From positions 380,990,001-381,054,000 of the forward strand of contig OZ024740.1 of NCBI GenBank assembly GCA_964016885.1: a stretch of DNA of 64,000 bases, read 5' to 3'. Each line of letters starts with the position of its first letter. The first letter of the stretch is position 1. Below the pieces are notes generated by a model. It was not told the origin of the DNA, searched no databases, and worked only from the letters and a program-made list of their open reading frames with translations. A program made the translations under genes and the position numbers. Shown here one piece after another: positions 1 to 14,298 of the stretch. The stretch comes from Eledone cirrhosa. Its lineage: Eukaryota.

Positions 1-892
1 CATGGACTATTTCAGAATGTTAATTTGTTAATGAACTGATAGAAATTTAATAAAAATCCTTAGCACAAATCAAAGAAATGTTCTTGCATTGAGGTCATGG
101 CCAAGCTTTACATAGAAACAGAACTATGAACATTGCAAACAACAATGCCAGCGAAATTTCAGGTAATATAGCTACAATAACCCAAACGAAAAAACCGCTA
201 AGCCAAATGCATATGGGTATATGAAAACAACATGAAAATCAATGCTGCAAAATTTCAACTGCTTCAATATCAACCCTGTCACAAAATGCAACCTAGATAC
301 AAATGTAAAGGGGGGATTAAATTACCGAATGCCAAAATCTGCACCAGACGGGAAATATAATGAATTGTATGTAATGTGTCATTTCATTGCCGCATATTAC
401 AAGAGAGCAAAAGTGTGTAGGCGACAGTAAAGATGTATCATTGTAAACATTTAAACAAAATTTTATACTGGTCCTTTAGAAGACATTTGTTGTTAGTTGC
501 TTGGATTATTATTGCTCCAAACTTTGGCTGCAACGTAGCCATAATTTAACTGTTGAGCTTGTACACTAAGTATATTTCGTTGATGCAGCAACTGAGAGGT
601 TCAAAATCAGATTACTCTATTAGCTTGAACGAAACGGGAATGCATAATTTAGCTTGAACAAAACGGGAACGCATAATTTATACCAAAGATATTTTGAAAA
701 CTGTGGCATCTATGTTTGGTATTAAAATGTCCAATGGTTCATTTTCATTTGTCCTGAATTATGAATATATACTGCAATAAGTTGGTGTGTGGAGGACCAC
801 ATTTCATTCGTGTCTATCCGCAAACATAAGTGTTCTACATAGAATATATATCAACAGGATACTAAATTAACCTTAATAAACTGTACACACAC

Positions 893-995
893 ATACATAT
901 ACATAATATACATACATATATACATACATACATGCATACATACATACATACATACATACATACATACATACATACATACATACATACATACATAC
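893..995. repeat. (CATA)n microsatellite, 5' flank of R4/Dong LINE
   Basis: Direct tandem CATA/TACA repeat. Confidence 0.95.
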
Positions 996-3900
996 AGTTA
1001 ACGCGATCAGTCGCATATTTTGGCGTGGGAGACTATTTATTAAATTTAAGATGAATACTATCTCCGACAGTAATGCCACAACTACAGTCATGTTGAATAA
1101 CTGGTTATTCTTCTAACTATATCTTCTGAAGACACCTTTTATTCGAATTCGTAGAGATATCCGACTAAATACATAATTCATTTTACAAGGATTTGCTACA
1201 AACAGCATGGCTGAACAAAACATCATCAAAAGAAATTAAGGAAGTACCGAAGACAAATAACAAGGAAGGTAATCAAACTTTATTCAGTTGTAGCTACAGA
1301 AGAAACCGAAATTATAAATCGCATTTCTCTTGGAGTTGCGAACTTAATAATGATTTATAAAATGGCAAAAAACAATCCCTGCATTGGCTATATGAACAGA
1401 ATGAAGCTATATTGGGACGAAATGCACCCAGAGCTAAATTATTTCACAACGAAACAATTATGCCAACAAGCGACGTTTGTTGAACGTAAAAATAAAATAA
1501 ATATTATTAATTGTAAGTCCCCCACAACAAACATGTTATCAACAACACGTGCTACAGGTCGCCATGCTACTAGACTTCCTAGCAGCCAGGTCGAACAGCG
1601 CCTTGAAACAACTATGCCTGTGAGAAACTTAACACCACCTGTACCATCTAAGTCTACCTCGAATGCCGGGGAAAACACTATCGATAATAATAATAATCGA
1701 AGAAATAATAATAATAATAATAATTGAAGAAATTTGACACCATGTGTACCATCCGAGTCTACCTCGACTGTTGTGGAAAATACTATCGATAATGATAATA
1801 ATCAAAAGTATAAACAATTGAAAATTTCCCTCAACGAAATCTTCCAGAGAGAAATTAACTCATGTATAAATATCTTTCTTGCTGAACGTATTAAAACGAC
1901 AATGTTTAATAAAAATACAAATAATGAAATATTACGTGTTATTGACGAAATAGGGGATGATATTTACGACGGATAAAACCCCAACATTTTGGCAAATCAA
2001 CGCCTTTTTATATGCCCTAGCAACGATAGTGAAGCATTATCTTGGTGATAGCAGAGATATTAACAAGAACAGAACACCACTAAAAATACCATCATATATA
2101 ACTAAAATAGAAAAAAAAGATTGCTGACCTACGAAAAAACATATGATATGTGACAATGCTCCTTACATGCAAACAAACACAAAAAAAACTCACTCCTCAC
2201 TAACAAAGAGTGAAAAATAAAATAAAGACGATGTTTGGTAACAGTAGAACCAGAACTCTCCAATATAAGCTGATCACCTTCACACAAGAATTGAGAGCTG
2301 TTAGCGAAAAACGCCGATACCTGAAGAAGGTAGATGAGAGAAAAGTGCTTAATAAAAGATTCAGACAAAACCAAACATCAGTCTATAGAGATATGAAGGG
2401 CAAAATAATAAGTGTCACTGAGGCCCCATCCCAGAAAGACAGATTCCTTTTGGAGCAAAATATGGGGTGAAAAGCAGAATTTCAACCAAGTGGTACCCTT
2501 CAGACTGAGATAGGAAAACTCCAAGATAAGAAAACACCAGGAAGAGACATGATTGTCGGCTACTGGTACAAAAAACTGATATTCTATCGGAGGTATCTTA
2601 CTGACCTCTACCAACAAGTTCTTAAGGGAGATACACTTATACCAGAATGGTTGACATTAGCACAAACATTACTGGTCCCCAAGAACAAAGACACCCACTT
2701 GACAAAAACTACCGACCCATTGCATGCCAGAACCTGATGTATAAGATGTATACAGCCTGCCTGAACCTATTCCTCCAAGATCACTGTGAAAATAATAACA
2801 TCATCACAGATAAACAAGCAGCTGGAAAGAAAGGGGTTTGGGGATGTGCTGAACAACTCCTAATCAACAAAACTGCGATGTCGGAGGTGCGATAACTTAG
2901 AAGGACTACAGGAAAGCTTTCGATTCTGTTCCTCACTCTTGGATGATAGAGGCCCTCCAACTTGCTAAAGTCCCAGATATTATTGTCAGAGCCATAGAGA
3001 GGCTATCTTCTTCTTGGGCTACTATCCTAAGTTTAAAGACAGAGAGGGAGGACTCTATTTTCACTGATAAAATAAAATATTGCAGGGGTATATTTCAGGG
3101 GGACAGTCTCTCTGTGATATTGTTCATCTTGTCATTAAACCCCTTGTCCTTTCTGCTCAAGAAATGTGAGGGATACATCATTGGCTCACAGGAGGACAGA
3201 ATACGAACCTAACCCATAATTTCTTTGTGAACGATCTGAAGCTCTATGCCAAGAACATGGATGGGATGAAGGAAAACTTTGACCTGGTTACAACGTTCTC
3301 AAAGGATACAGGAATGGAGTTTGGCCAATATAAATGTTCATACATGACTGTAAAGCGGGGAAAAACAACAACCCAATCTAACAACAGATACCTGGGGATA
3401 GATGAGAACATATCCTATAATGGTATCTGTAATAAAGAACGCGTAACCAGGGAATACTACACCCGATTAAGAAAGACCTGGTCATCGGAACACTCTGCGC
3501 AAAACAAAACAGTGGCTCACAATGTGTTTGCTGTTCCTGTCCTAACACCAACGTTTGGAATAGTCAATTGGACGATAGACGAAATCCGAGCAGTTGATGT
3601 TGGAACTCTAAAAATACTAAACAACACCGGAAACTTCCACATGAATAGTGACATAGACCGCCTTTACTTGAAACGTAAGCAGGGAGGCAGAGGCCTAACA
3701 TCAGTCCAGACAACATTTGAATGTCGCATCATATCTCTCCGACAACATCTACGAACCTCGAAGCGTAGGAGCCCGTTTCTCGAGCAAGTCTAGAAACAGA
3801 TACGATCATGAGAGTTGGGAAGGAACTCCTCCAGAGATATTCCATGTGTGATAAAAAAAACTCACACCCAGGGATGTCGCTCAGCAGTATCGCAGTGAAT

Positions 3901-4958
3901 CCATGGATGAAAAACTGCATGCTTATCAGCAAAAAAATCATGCATGGATATGTTGCCAGGAAGCTCCAGAGTGAGAGTAATATAGATAAGGAAAGTAGTC
4001 TATCTTGGACCAACAACCGCTATATTGGCTTCCACTTTGAAGGATACGCTTTTGCAATCCAAGAACAGGAGATTAACACGAAATACCGGATTCACAAAAG
4101 AGATAGGAATGCAGGAAAAACACCTAGATGTGATAACAAGTGCAGACTCTGCAGAACTAACATCGAGGATATCACCCATGTCATCAGCAGCTGTCCAAAG
4201 ATGTCATCGCGGTACTACCTACCTATGAGGCATGATGTAGTGGCCAAAACACTGTACAATGCAGTTCGTAAAAATGATAGCCCCGATAATAAACACATTA
4301 AAAGCTAGAACAATGTGGAAGACATCCATGTACATAATATGAAAGAGTACTGGTGGAATGTTCCAGTAAAAGCCCCAATAAAATGCAGGCATAACAGACC
4401 AGATATTATGATATGGGACAAGGAGAGGAAAGCATGCACAGTAGTGAAAATTAGCTGCCCAGCAGATGCCAGTATAATATCAAAGATTAGTGAAAAGCAG
4501 AATATTTATGCAGAACTGATGAGAAATCTGCAGATACTCCACCCTGATTACACCTTCAGATTTATGCCTGTGATTATTGGGGCACTGGCGTATGTTAGTA
4601 ACTGCCTCAATACAAATCTTGAGAAGCTAGGCTTCACAGGAACAGAAAGAACACAACTAGTTAGGAAATTACAAGTACAATCCATTAATGGAACAGTAAA
4701 AATATGTAAAACATTCCCAAAATTTTGCATCTAATAACTGCATAAACACATGTACAGATGCAAAGCATATACACATGCACACATACAACTCAAAACATAC
4801 ACATACACACATACAATAACATCCATATATACACATGCATGCATACATACATATCTACCTAGTTGATGTGTAAATTCCAATGAGAGAGTCTTGTGTCTAT
4901 GTTAGTAACCGACTCTCTCTCTATTGGTAAAACTTTGTAAAATTATAAAACCAGAAGA
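996..4958 (+). mobile_element. R4/Dong-clade non-LTR retrotransposon (RT + CCHC + restriction-like endonuclease), decayed, near full length
   Basis: Frameshifted ORF pieces carry RT motifs YRPIAC, QAAGKKGVWGCAEQLLIN, KAFDSV, GIFQGDSLS, FVNDLKLYA, YLGI, then CRLC..H....C, RHD and RPDI RLE motifs; (CATA)n on both sides. Confidence 0.85.
1207..4734 (+). pseudogene. Disrupted RT-RLE ORF of the R4/Dong LINE
   Basis: ORF track pieces 1350-4734 in several frames with stops; catalytic xxDD motif reads FVND. Confidence 0.85.
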
Positions 4959-4982
4959 ACATACGTACATGCATACATACAT

Positions 4983-5597
4983 GGTGGTGGTGGTGGCTGC
5001 CAACTCCTTTTCAAGTACGGCCACTACTTTATATCCATGTAGGATAACCCCTACCGATGCGCTGAATGAGTGTGACTTTTTAGTCTAGCCAACGACTTGA
5101 AAACTCTGGTACAAATGCTACACTTGTGACAATTATTGACACATAGTGCTGGGCCCATGGAACCATGTGATGACTAGTGCAGAGAGATCGCCAGATATAA
5201 AGCAATTCCTGTGCCGTGAAGCTTTTATAGTGAGCAAAGGCTCTGCACAAAGCCAGTCCCACTCTCTTAACCAAGATGATATTTACCAAAAAGAAGACCA
5301 AGTCAACATCATTGGATACCATCAGGGTTGCAGGTGTTATATCAGAGTTTTCCTTCTCCTAGAATTCTGCCTTGACAAAGGCTAAGGGGTCATCTCTCCC
5401 GGTGATTTTGGATGGCCATTGACTCTTAAGAGCTCCTTTGCCCTTTGACAGGTTTTGTTTTTAGTCCTGCAGGATGTCCAAAGTCACCCTCCTCACCAAG
5501 AAACCTTGGTGGGGATGCCAGTTTAGTCGCCAACGACCCGACCATGAGACAGGTTGAACTGGGATACATGTTACCAGTAGCACCAACTGGTGACCTG
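4983..5597 (+). repeat. Unclassified interspersed repeat; partial inverted homolog at about 53317-53630
   Basis: ttttggatggccattgactcttaagag...ccctttg (5406-5447) matches reverse complement of 53317-53360; further match near 53510. Confidence 0.5.
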
Positions 5598-5624
5598 ACA
5601 TACATACATACATACATACATACA

Positions 5625-5655
<31 letters not shown>

Positions 5656-6084
5656 GATAGTGTGTGTGTATGTTGTGGGTGTGTATTGTGTATACAGTTG
5701 GTGAGAATGTAAGTGTGTATTTGTCAATGCTTAAATCTGATTATAATGCTATTAGGTCAATATAATTACAATTTTTCACGAAAGCGGTTGGACAAGTATA
5801 ACCTGATGACAAGTTGATACTAAATTAAAATACAAATTGACACACTATGACTACTAAATGTGGTCGGTGCGACGTGGGCACATCTCCGTGGCCATTCAAC
5901 TTGGTAGAAATAATACACCTATTCTTTCTGGTGAAGTGATAAATTATTTCGGAAGTCTGCTCGTCGAAATTGCTTAGAATTAGCAATAAGGCAAATCCGC
6001 GCCAGATAAGCCCCAATCAAGTAAAATATGCAAATGTCTGTAAAATGAATGGATTCGATCCTTAGATCTCTAGGCACTGATTCC

Positions 6085-6295
6085 AATCGGTATGACAGTT
6101 GTTAGAACGTTTGACAAATGCTCAGCAGTATTTCGTTCTGGCTCTTTACGTTCTAAGTTCAAATCCCAGCAAAGTGAACTTATCTTGTCGTATTTTCAAG
6201 GTCAATAAAGTAAAATACCTGTCAAGTACTGGGGCTGAAATAACCGACAATCTACCCTTTATTGCTGGTCTTGTGCCAAACTTAAAAGCAATTAC
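6085..6295 (+). mobile_element. Diverged tRNA-derived SINE
   Basis: B-box-like gttcaaatccc, core-like aaggtcaataaagtaaaatacc, tail gctggtcttgtgccaaa shared with other copies. Confidence 0.6.
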
Positions 6296-6648
6296 TGACG
6301 TGCAACAGTTTAACACTCGTTAGAACATTCTAAGATGAGGGAAAGGGACGGAAATACACATCCTATGGGTGATTTAAGTAAGAAAGGCGTTGATCACCAA
6401 ATTTTGTCAGATATGCGACCTAAACTGAATGCTTGCTACAGAGAAGACTATGTTAAAGGCTCACAAGGAAAGTTACAGTGGTCTATTGAATAGGTTTACC
6501 ATTCATATAACAAGGGAATCTTCTATGTGGTCGTTCTCCCTCCTGGATCAAGATTGACAATTTGCTAAGCAACAATAATAACACGAGTGCGCGTACATAC
6601 ACCATTCACACCTAACCGAATGTACATATTACACACACACACACACAC

Positions 6649-6679
<31 letters not shown>

Positions 6680-8349
6680 TATATATAGAGAGAGGGGGGG
6701 GGGGAGAATAGAGTTAATAGAAACAGCGTAAATTGACACACTTTTAGTATATAGACATGTAAACATGCTAAATATATATATATCCTGGGGGGGGGGGTCC
6801 TATCGAACAGTAGTGGTGACGATATAACTATAAAGTTAAGACCTCCATATCAAACAGTACTGGTGTCGATATAATTATTGAGTTACGACCTCCATATCAA
6901 ACAAAAAAGTGTGCACAGAGAAGAGTTGAGGTAGTGTATGAAATTACTCCAATCGAACTTGCTTGTCTTTCTAATAAGATACTTGCAAAAATTTGAGGCC
7001 ACTAGTTGAAATACCATTGTACATCATCTTCCGTTATTCAAATTTAAACTTCACAATACTTCATACAAATTTTCTCACTTAATACATCATACAAATTTTC
7101 TCACTCTTCCAAATTTAATTACATATATACTTATGGAAAATTCGATCCCTTATTTTTCATAGAATTTTACATATATATCGCGTAGAGGTTCAATGAGTAC
7201 CTACCTATCAACTGTTGACAGTCAAGAGATAAGCTCATACATATGTGTTAGCATATGAAATGAGGTTTTGTTGCGCGTTAGCTTGTTCGTGTTTTGACGC
7301 ACAATTCACACAAACGTTAGCTTACAGATTTCTTAAAGTTCATTATGAAACAAACACTATAATTAGTGTGATACAAAGTATAATTTATTACGCCATAATT
7401 TCTTATATAAGCTAGACTACTTGCATTTGTCTCTCTATGATTATAGTATCCCTGAATTGGTACTCAATAATTACTGTAATTTGCCGTAGAATTATGAAAG
7501 CCTTAATATAACGTTTCGTCCGCTTGCCGTTTGCAGATCTAATGAAACACATAGGAATGCAGCTATGTGGTGGTACGTTAGTGGTAATATATAATAATTA
7601 TGAGGTGTAAATTGATTTTATTAAGTTAATCTGTTGAGAAAAGAAGCAAATAAAAATATTAATAAGAGCCACGGGATTTGGCGAGGGATACGGTATTTGG
7701 GAATTTAGCATAAATTTCAGGCTCTCAAAAGTAACGGCCATATAATTGATGACCTCCTAAACATTTTCTAAGCATTCGGCTTTTACACGATTGTATACTA
7801 TATATATTATTGTCGGTGTAACGAGAAAAGGAAAAAATGTTTTAAAAATATTTTTTGTGGGTTGCATTTGAAATGCAGAAAAAATACACTGAAGAATAGA
7901 AAATCGAGTTTCATTCCTGGAAAAATTACTCTCTTCATATTATCAGTTGAGGCGATCTTCTCTACCTACTGGCTGACAAAAGCTTGCGACCTAAGAAAGT
8001 ATCGGAGGGCTGTGTTCTGCCATGTGTACATTTGTTTGAAGTAGTCTTGCCTTTTTATATAAAGGCAACGAGAGATTTGCATTCTATTTCTAGCAGATCA
8101 TGTATGCATGTAATAGTTCTCTAGTTGGAACCATTGTACCATGGTCTCTGCTTTCCAGTATAAATCTATGACGTGTTTATTTATGTCCTTGTTATCTCAT
8201 AGATTGACAGATATCAATAAACTAAGTATTAAGTTGAATTAAAAATAGATGTTAAATACTATCGACTAAAACACTCGAGGAAGTGCCCCAGGACAAACAA
8301 ACAAATACAAACACATACATACACACGTGATAGACTGTGTGCATCCTAA

Positions 8350-8387
<38 letters not shown>

Positions 8388-9589
8388 AGAAGAAAAATAA
8401 ATGCCTACAGATTTATTTATCTTTACATTACTATTCATTCGTTTACGGATGGTGAGATCTCTGTTTGTCTTACATATGTTTCATTATATGTTATGACAGA
8501 CAATTTCCTTTTTCCTTTTTTTCTATTATATATATTCATTGTTGACTATCTTTTTATGTGAGTGAGGTACAAACAATACGCCCAGTATTTGATTCAATAG
8601 GTTTATGGATTTAATACTAATTGAGTATAAATATATATATATATATACATATATACATACATATAATCTATATACATACATATATACATATATACATATA
8701 TATACATACACACATATAATCTATATACATATATACATTTATATACATACACACATACATAAATATATATATATATATACAAAAGGAAATCTTGTACAGG
8801 CTTAAAAAGTTAATATAAACTATGAAGTTGAAAAAGGTGTGAAGAGAAACGGAAATTGACAACCAAGTACGAAGATATTGTAGTGAGAGAGGAGTGTCGT
8901 CATCAGCAGCAGCAGCCGCCACAGTAGTAACAGTGGTAACAGTGGTATTAAATCTCTATATATATATATGTGTGTGTGTGTTTGTGTGTGTGTGTGTGCG
9001 CGCGTATGTGAGTCCCGGGTTCAGTTGAGTGTAACCAGAGTAAGGGATTCAATACATTAATAGTTTAATATAGAAATGGCTTCTACAGGACTAGAGCTGT
9101 TTCATTCATGAAAAATCATTAGGAAAGCCCAGGTTTGCTTGATGATTTTTCTGTGAAGTGAACATCTTAAGTACAGATATATGCCTGCGACTAAGTCTAC
9201 AACTTATTGCTGTCGCATGGCCTTGACAGTTTTGCGAAAAAAAAAACATTTCAGAAAAAAAACACCTGTTTTTTTATGCATGTCTGCATACTCGTGGCTC
9301 CATCCATCTATGTGTGTATATAACAATAATGCAATGAAGACTATGGGTGAAGAGTGGATGAGTGATATAGGAAACTATGTAAATTGTCCGCGCTGGTCGG
9401 TGACACGTGACTGACCAACTCTGAGGTTATTGGCTGTAAAAAAAGGGATCGACTTTCATTAACGACGGCGGGCGGTCGACAATGGGTGAAATGTTAGTAA
9501 TAAGAAAATATCAATGAATAAACACAAGGACTAGTTCGTTCAAAATAGGCCATCATTTCCTGCCACTCGTATTTCATCTAAATACCATT

Positions 9590-9622
<33 letters not shown>

Positions 9623-9687
9623 TTGTCTGTCTGTCTGTCCGCCTATATATCAGCATGTCTCGTTGTCTGTACGCTTGCCTGCCTGAC

Positions 9688-9751
<64 letters not shown>

Positions 9752-9862
9752 CGGCGATGAATTAGTTTAGCGAGGTTTTTTATATGAAATCGTGTGTCGA
9801 AACAAATATGGTTATACTTGGGGAGGGTCATATTTGTGAAATATTGCCAGAATTAACAACAA

Positions 9863-9904
9863 CACCACTGACGATGTTGCAGATGTGCAACGAAAGATTT
9901 ATGT
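9863..9904 (+). ncRNA. HHR-like motif, family A (stem I degenerate); further copies 13967-14008 and 52779-52819
   Basis: CUGACGA-U-GUUGCA/UGCAAC-GAAA-GAU-UH; 4-bp stem I ACAU/AUGU intact only in the 52.8-kb copy. Confidence 0.6.
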
Positions 9905-10091
9905 AAATTATGTAAACTATATATATGTGTTTGTGTCTATATTGTATCTGTATTATTTTTGACCGTCGGTCAGTCAATGGCAACATTGAGGACCGAGTAA
10001 GTTAGATCGCAGATATAAAAGACAGCGAGAAGCGAAAACCAACCAAACAGTGAGTGTGTTCTGTTATTAATTCTGGCAATATTTCACAAAT

Positions 10092-13000
10092 ATGACCCTC
10101 CCCAAGTATAACAATATTTGTTTCGACACACGATTTCATATAAAAAACCTCGCTAAACTAATTCATCGCCGCTACGGCATTAGCTTGTGCCAAGCTGAAA
10201 GGTTATTGAAAGACACTGTTTTCTGTTATATAAAAACTACAATAACAACAGAACAAATCCGCTTCTTAAAACACTGTGTTTCCTCCAAAACATACACAAC
10301 AAACATATCAAAAGAAGTAAATAATTTATTATTGAACAAAACACAAGCCGAACAACTAAAACACACAATAACAGTTAATATGAAAAGAACAACATACACA
10401 AAAGACAACGCACTCTACAGACAGAAACGCATTAACGGTAAGGAAATCCGAAATCTCATCACAGCGAACGAGAGAGATAACTTCGTGAGCGTCATCCGAC
10501 GTGAAACGAAATACGCTCGAAACGAATGCAATAGGCATTTCAAGAAGAAATTAGAATGGATGAATAAGAAAAAACTACAAGAAAGGAAAATCGAATATTC
10601 TCAAAAATACCCAGATAACATCGACAATATCCGTATGACTGATGTAAAACTACCGGAAGAATTTACCAATGACCACACAGTAAATATCTATGGGAACACT
10701 TTAATCAGTGAACAAGAACAACAAATCCTACGGTTACCACCAAAATTTGCCATCTACAAAAAGATTAACCCTATGGAGTGCAAAATGTAGCTGGAAAAGT
10801 GTTTCACAAAAATACGTTGGAATGCAAAGGTAAACAACAACAACAATAATAACGGTAGTAGTAATATAAACAATAACTCTTGGTATAGAAATAACAGCCA
10901 TAACCATAACAATGGCAGGAAAGTGAGAAATAGTGATAATGGTAATAATACTAGCGATAGACAGAACAACAACAACCACAATAATAATAATAATAGAAAC
11001 ATTAACCACAGACACAGCAACAGCGACCACAGTAGTAATAACGGTAACAATACGAACAACAACAACAATAACCACAGTGGTAATAATGGAAATAGTACAT
11101 GTAGCAACATCAACAAAAACAAGAAACATAATAATAGTAACAACCACAATGGTAGAAATAACAGTAACAACAACAACAATAACGGTGAAGTAAACAACAA
11201 TACATCTAGCAATCATAACAATAATAATAATGCTAATGATAGAAACAACAACAACCACCCTGATAACAACAATAGCAACACACACAACTATGACGATAGA
11301 AATAATGACAACCCCTTAGAGAAACTATTTTTCAACCCAGCTGACAAAACATATAAGATGGGTAATATCTATCCTACGAGGTTACCCTTTAATAAAAGAG
11401 TTTGCATACCACAGCAAATAGATGACGAGACAGAGGCACAGTTCACCATAGCTAGAAATAAGATTAGACAAGTAGTAGACAGGTATACTAAGAGACAGAG
11501 CAGACCAGAGGCCCAACAACTTGGGAGGAAACCTGTAGAAGGCTTGGTTAGCCTCAAGCAGCGCACAAGGGATGGTGAGGTAGTGTGTCTACCCACAGAT
11601 AAGTCTGGTAGGATGTCAATAGATAGCATGCCGAACTACATCGAGGCTATGCAACCCCACATCACCAACACGAGCGAAGTTGCATAACAAACACACGATG
11701 GGAGAGAAAAAATCCTCAACGCTCACATGATGATGTGGACTGACATCCTAAAGCCAAGCAGACGCACTGCCAACAACTTCCAGGCGTCTAACAATGGCAT
11801 ACCACCCTTGTATGGGCTCCGCAAAGACCACAAGACAGTCGACGACCCGACAACAGGACCACCAACAAGACCCGTATGCGGAGCTAATATAGCTAGCAAC
11901 TACAGGATCTCCTACTTCCTCTCAATGGTTATACGCCCCATAATCAAGATGTCCCCAGATGTATGTGAAAGTACAGAGGACCTCCTCAGCAGAATCAGTG
12001 AGTGCAACAAAAACAGGAGCCTATCCAACTGCATAATAGGCAGCATGGATGTGGTGTCACTGTACCCATCCATTAACATTGATTTTGCTGTGAAAAGATG
12101 TGTGGAGATGATCATTGAGAGTGAGGTGGAGTTCTGCGACGTCGACACAGACGAACTGGGCCTCCTACTTAGACTTACCTACGACACTGACTACCTAGAC
12201 AGCCATGACCTTAGATGTTTCTGCCCTAGTAGACCTATAAGAGGTAGACCCCCCACCATAACCTCAATGGAAAAAAAGACTCCCATGGGAAGGTGGATTG
12301 GGTGGACCAAAGCTATACGGACCCCCCAAAACAATGATCAGGTAAGAAAAATGGTCGCACATGCAATAGGGGCCAGTATCAAAACTACCCTAAAGGGCCA
12401 CATATTTAAGTTCAATGAGAAAATCTACACCCAAAATGAGGGAGCAGCCATCGGCGTCAGCATAGCTGGTGACGTTGCCAACCTTTTCATGGTATGGTGG
12501 GAAAGGAGACTTAAAGATCTCCTTAATGAAAGCTCCATAGACCTCATCATGTACTCTCGTTATGTAGACGATATCAATATAGTTATAAGAACACACCCAC
12601 TAGAGAGCACTAACCAGTTTGATTTAGAACGTAGCACGATGGAAAGCATCCAGCAGATAGCTAATTCCATACACCAGAGCATAACTGTAACTATCGACTT
12701 CCCTTCCAAACACCCTAACAATAGACTACCTGTATTAGACACAGAACTCTGGATTTACACTATAGACGAGAGAGCCCAAATTCTCCACTCACACTATGCT
12801 AAACCCATGGCCTCCAAATACCTGATACTCAAAAACTCAGCAATGTCCAGTAGTGCTAAGTTTAATATTCTGATCGCAGATTTGGTACGAGTGATGAAGA
12901 ATGTGTCCAGCATGTGCGACCTAACAGAAATGGAAAGACACATCCAACACTTCATCATCCGCATGCAGTTCTCTGGCTACAACCAAAGAGACAGAGTCAG

Positions 13001-13690
13001 AGTATACGAAGGAGCCATGGAAAAGTATAAGACCCTCATAGAACTGGACATGAAAGGAATTTGCCCATTATACAGGAGCAAATCATGGAATAGCTTAGAT
13101 AGGGCTAGACATAAGATAGGGAAGGCCACATCATGGTACGACAACCAGAGATATCAGAGTGTCATGTTTGTGGACGCCACCCCTGGAGGGGAATTAGCTA
13201 ACCAGTGTAGAAAAGCCCTGAGAAAGACCCACTTAAAAATAAAGGTGGTAGAAAAGCCAGGAACCACCATAAAATCCCTGATCAGCAAAACCTACCCTTT
13301 TAAGAAAACCCACTGTACCAATAGGAAATGTATCATATGTAAGGTGAACCCCCGGATAAACTGTAAAACTAGAAACGTAGTCTATAGCATAAGACAACAA
13401 CATACATAGGTGAGACAGCTCGTAGCATAGGTGAAAGGATAGACCAACACTGGGGGGAACTAAAAGGACGAAAAAACGGGTCAGTACTATACGAACATGC
13501 TAGACAACAACATGACGGTAACATAGACAACATAGAAATTAGAATAATATCTAAACATAGGAATGACCCAGCAGATAGGCAAATCAGAGAGGCCAGTGAA
13601 ATAGAAATTAGAAGACCAAAGCTAAACAGAAAGAATGAGTGGAACAACAACAACACCCAAACAAACAACACTGACCTAAGAGAAGTATAA
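10092..13690 (+). pseudogene. PLE polyprotein (N-terminal region, Asn-rich insert, RT, GIY-YIG endonuclease)
   Basis: ORFs 10092, 10923 and 11727 share one frame, split by two stops; motifs PTDKSG, SMDVVSLYPS, GAAIG, YSRYVDD, NVVYSI / YIGETAR (frameshift near 13395). Confidence 0.9.
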
Positions 13691-14227
13691 ATAAGTAAAT
13701 AAAATAAAATAAAATAAGATAAATAAATACATACACAAGCACAATAACAACAAGCACATAAACACACACTAGTCACCCAGCAGACACAACACTATACACA
13801 CTAGTCACACAGCACACATAACACTATACACACACGCAAACGCATGCGCAAAGAAGACAAAATAAAATAAGATAAACAAACAAGCAAATAAATAAATAAA
13901 TATATAGACAGACTGAATAAAAAATGGCGTAGACATACAACACAACAGGAGGAACAATGAATATAACACCACTGACGATGTTGCAGATGTGCAACGAAAG
14001 ATTCATGTAAATTATGTAAACTATATATATGTGTTTGTGTCTATATTGTATCTATTATTTTTGACCGTCGGTTAGTCAATGGCAACATTAAGGACCGAGT
14101 AAGTTAGATCGCAGATATAAAAGACAGCGAGAAGCGAAAACCAACCAAACAGTGAGTGTGTTCTGTTATTAATTCTGGCAATATTTCACAAATATGACCC
14201 TCCCCAAGTATAAAAATATATATATAT

Positions 14228-14293
<66 letters not shown>

Positions 14294-14298
<5 letters not shown>

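Larger units (their letters stand above)
9750..14214 (+). mobile_element. Penelope-like element (family A), near full length, with direct pseudo-LTRs and an inverted 5' segment, inserted in (TA)n
   Basis: Direct repeats 9861-10112 and 13965-14213; 9750-9865 is the reverse complement of about 10056-10172; RT + GIY-YIG ORF; TA tracts on both sides. Confidence 0.92.

Noticed and set aside
1119-1160. HHR-like motif in the R4 LINE 5' UTR (AUAUCUU-CUGAAGA...GAAU-UCG-UA-GAGAUAU)
   Set aside because: Stem I pairs, but stem II cannot form and GAAA is GAAU; cannot be told from chance with one copy
10734-11285. Hydrophobic poly-V/L ORFs on the minus strand
   Set aside because: Antisense shadow of the Asn-rich PLE insert
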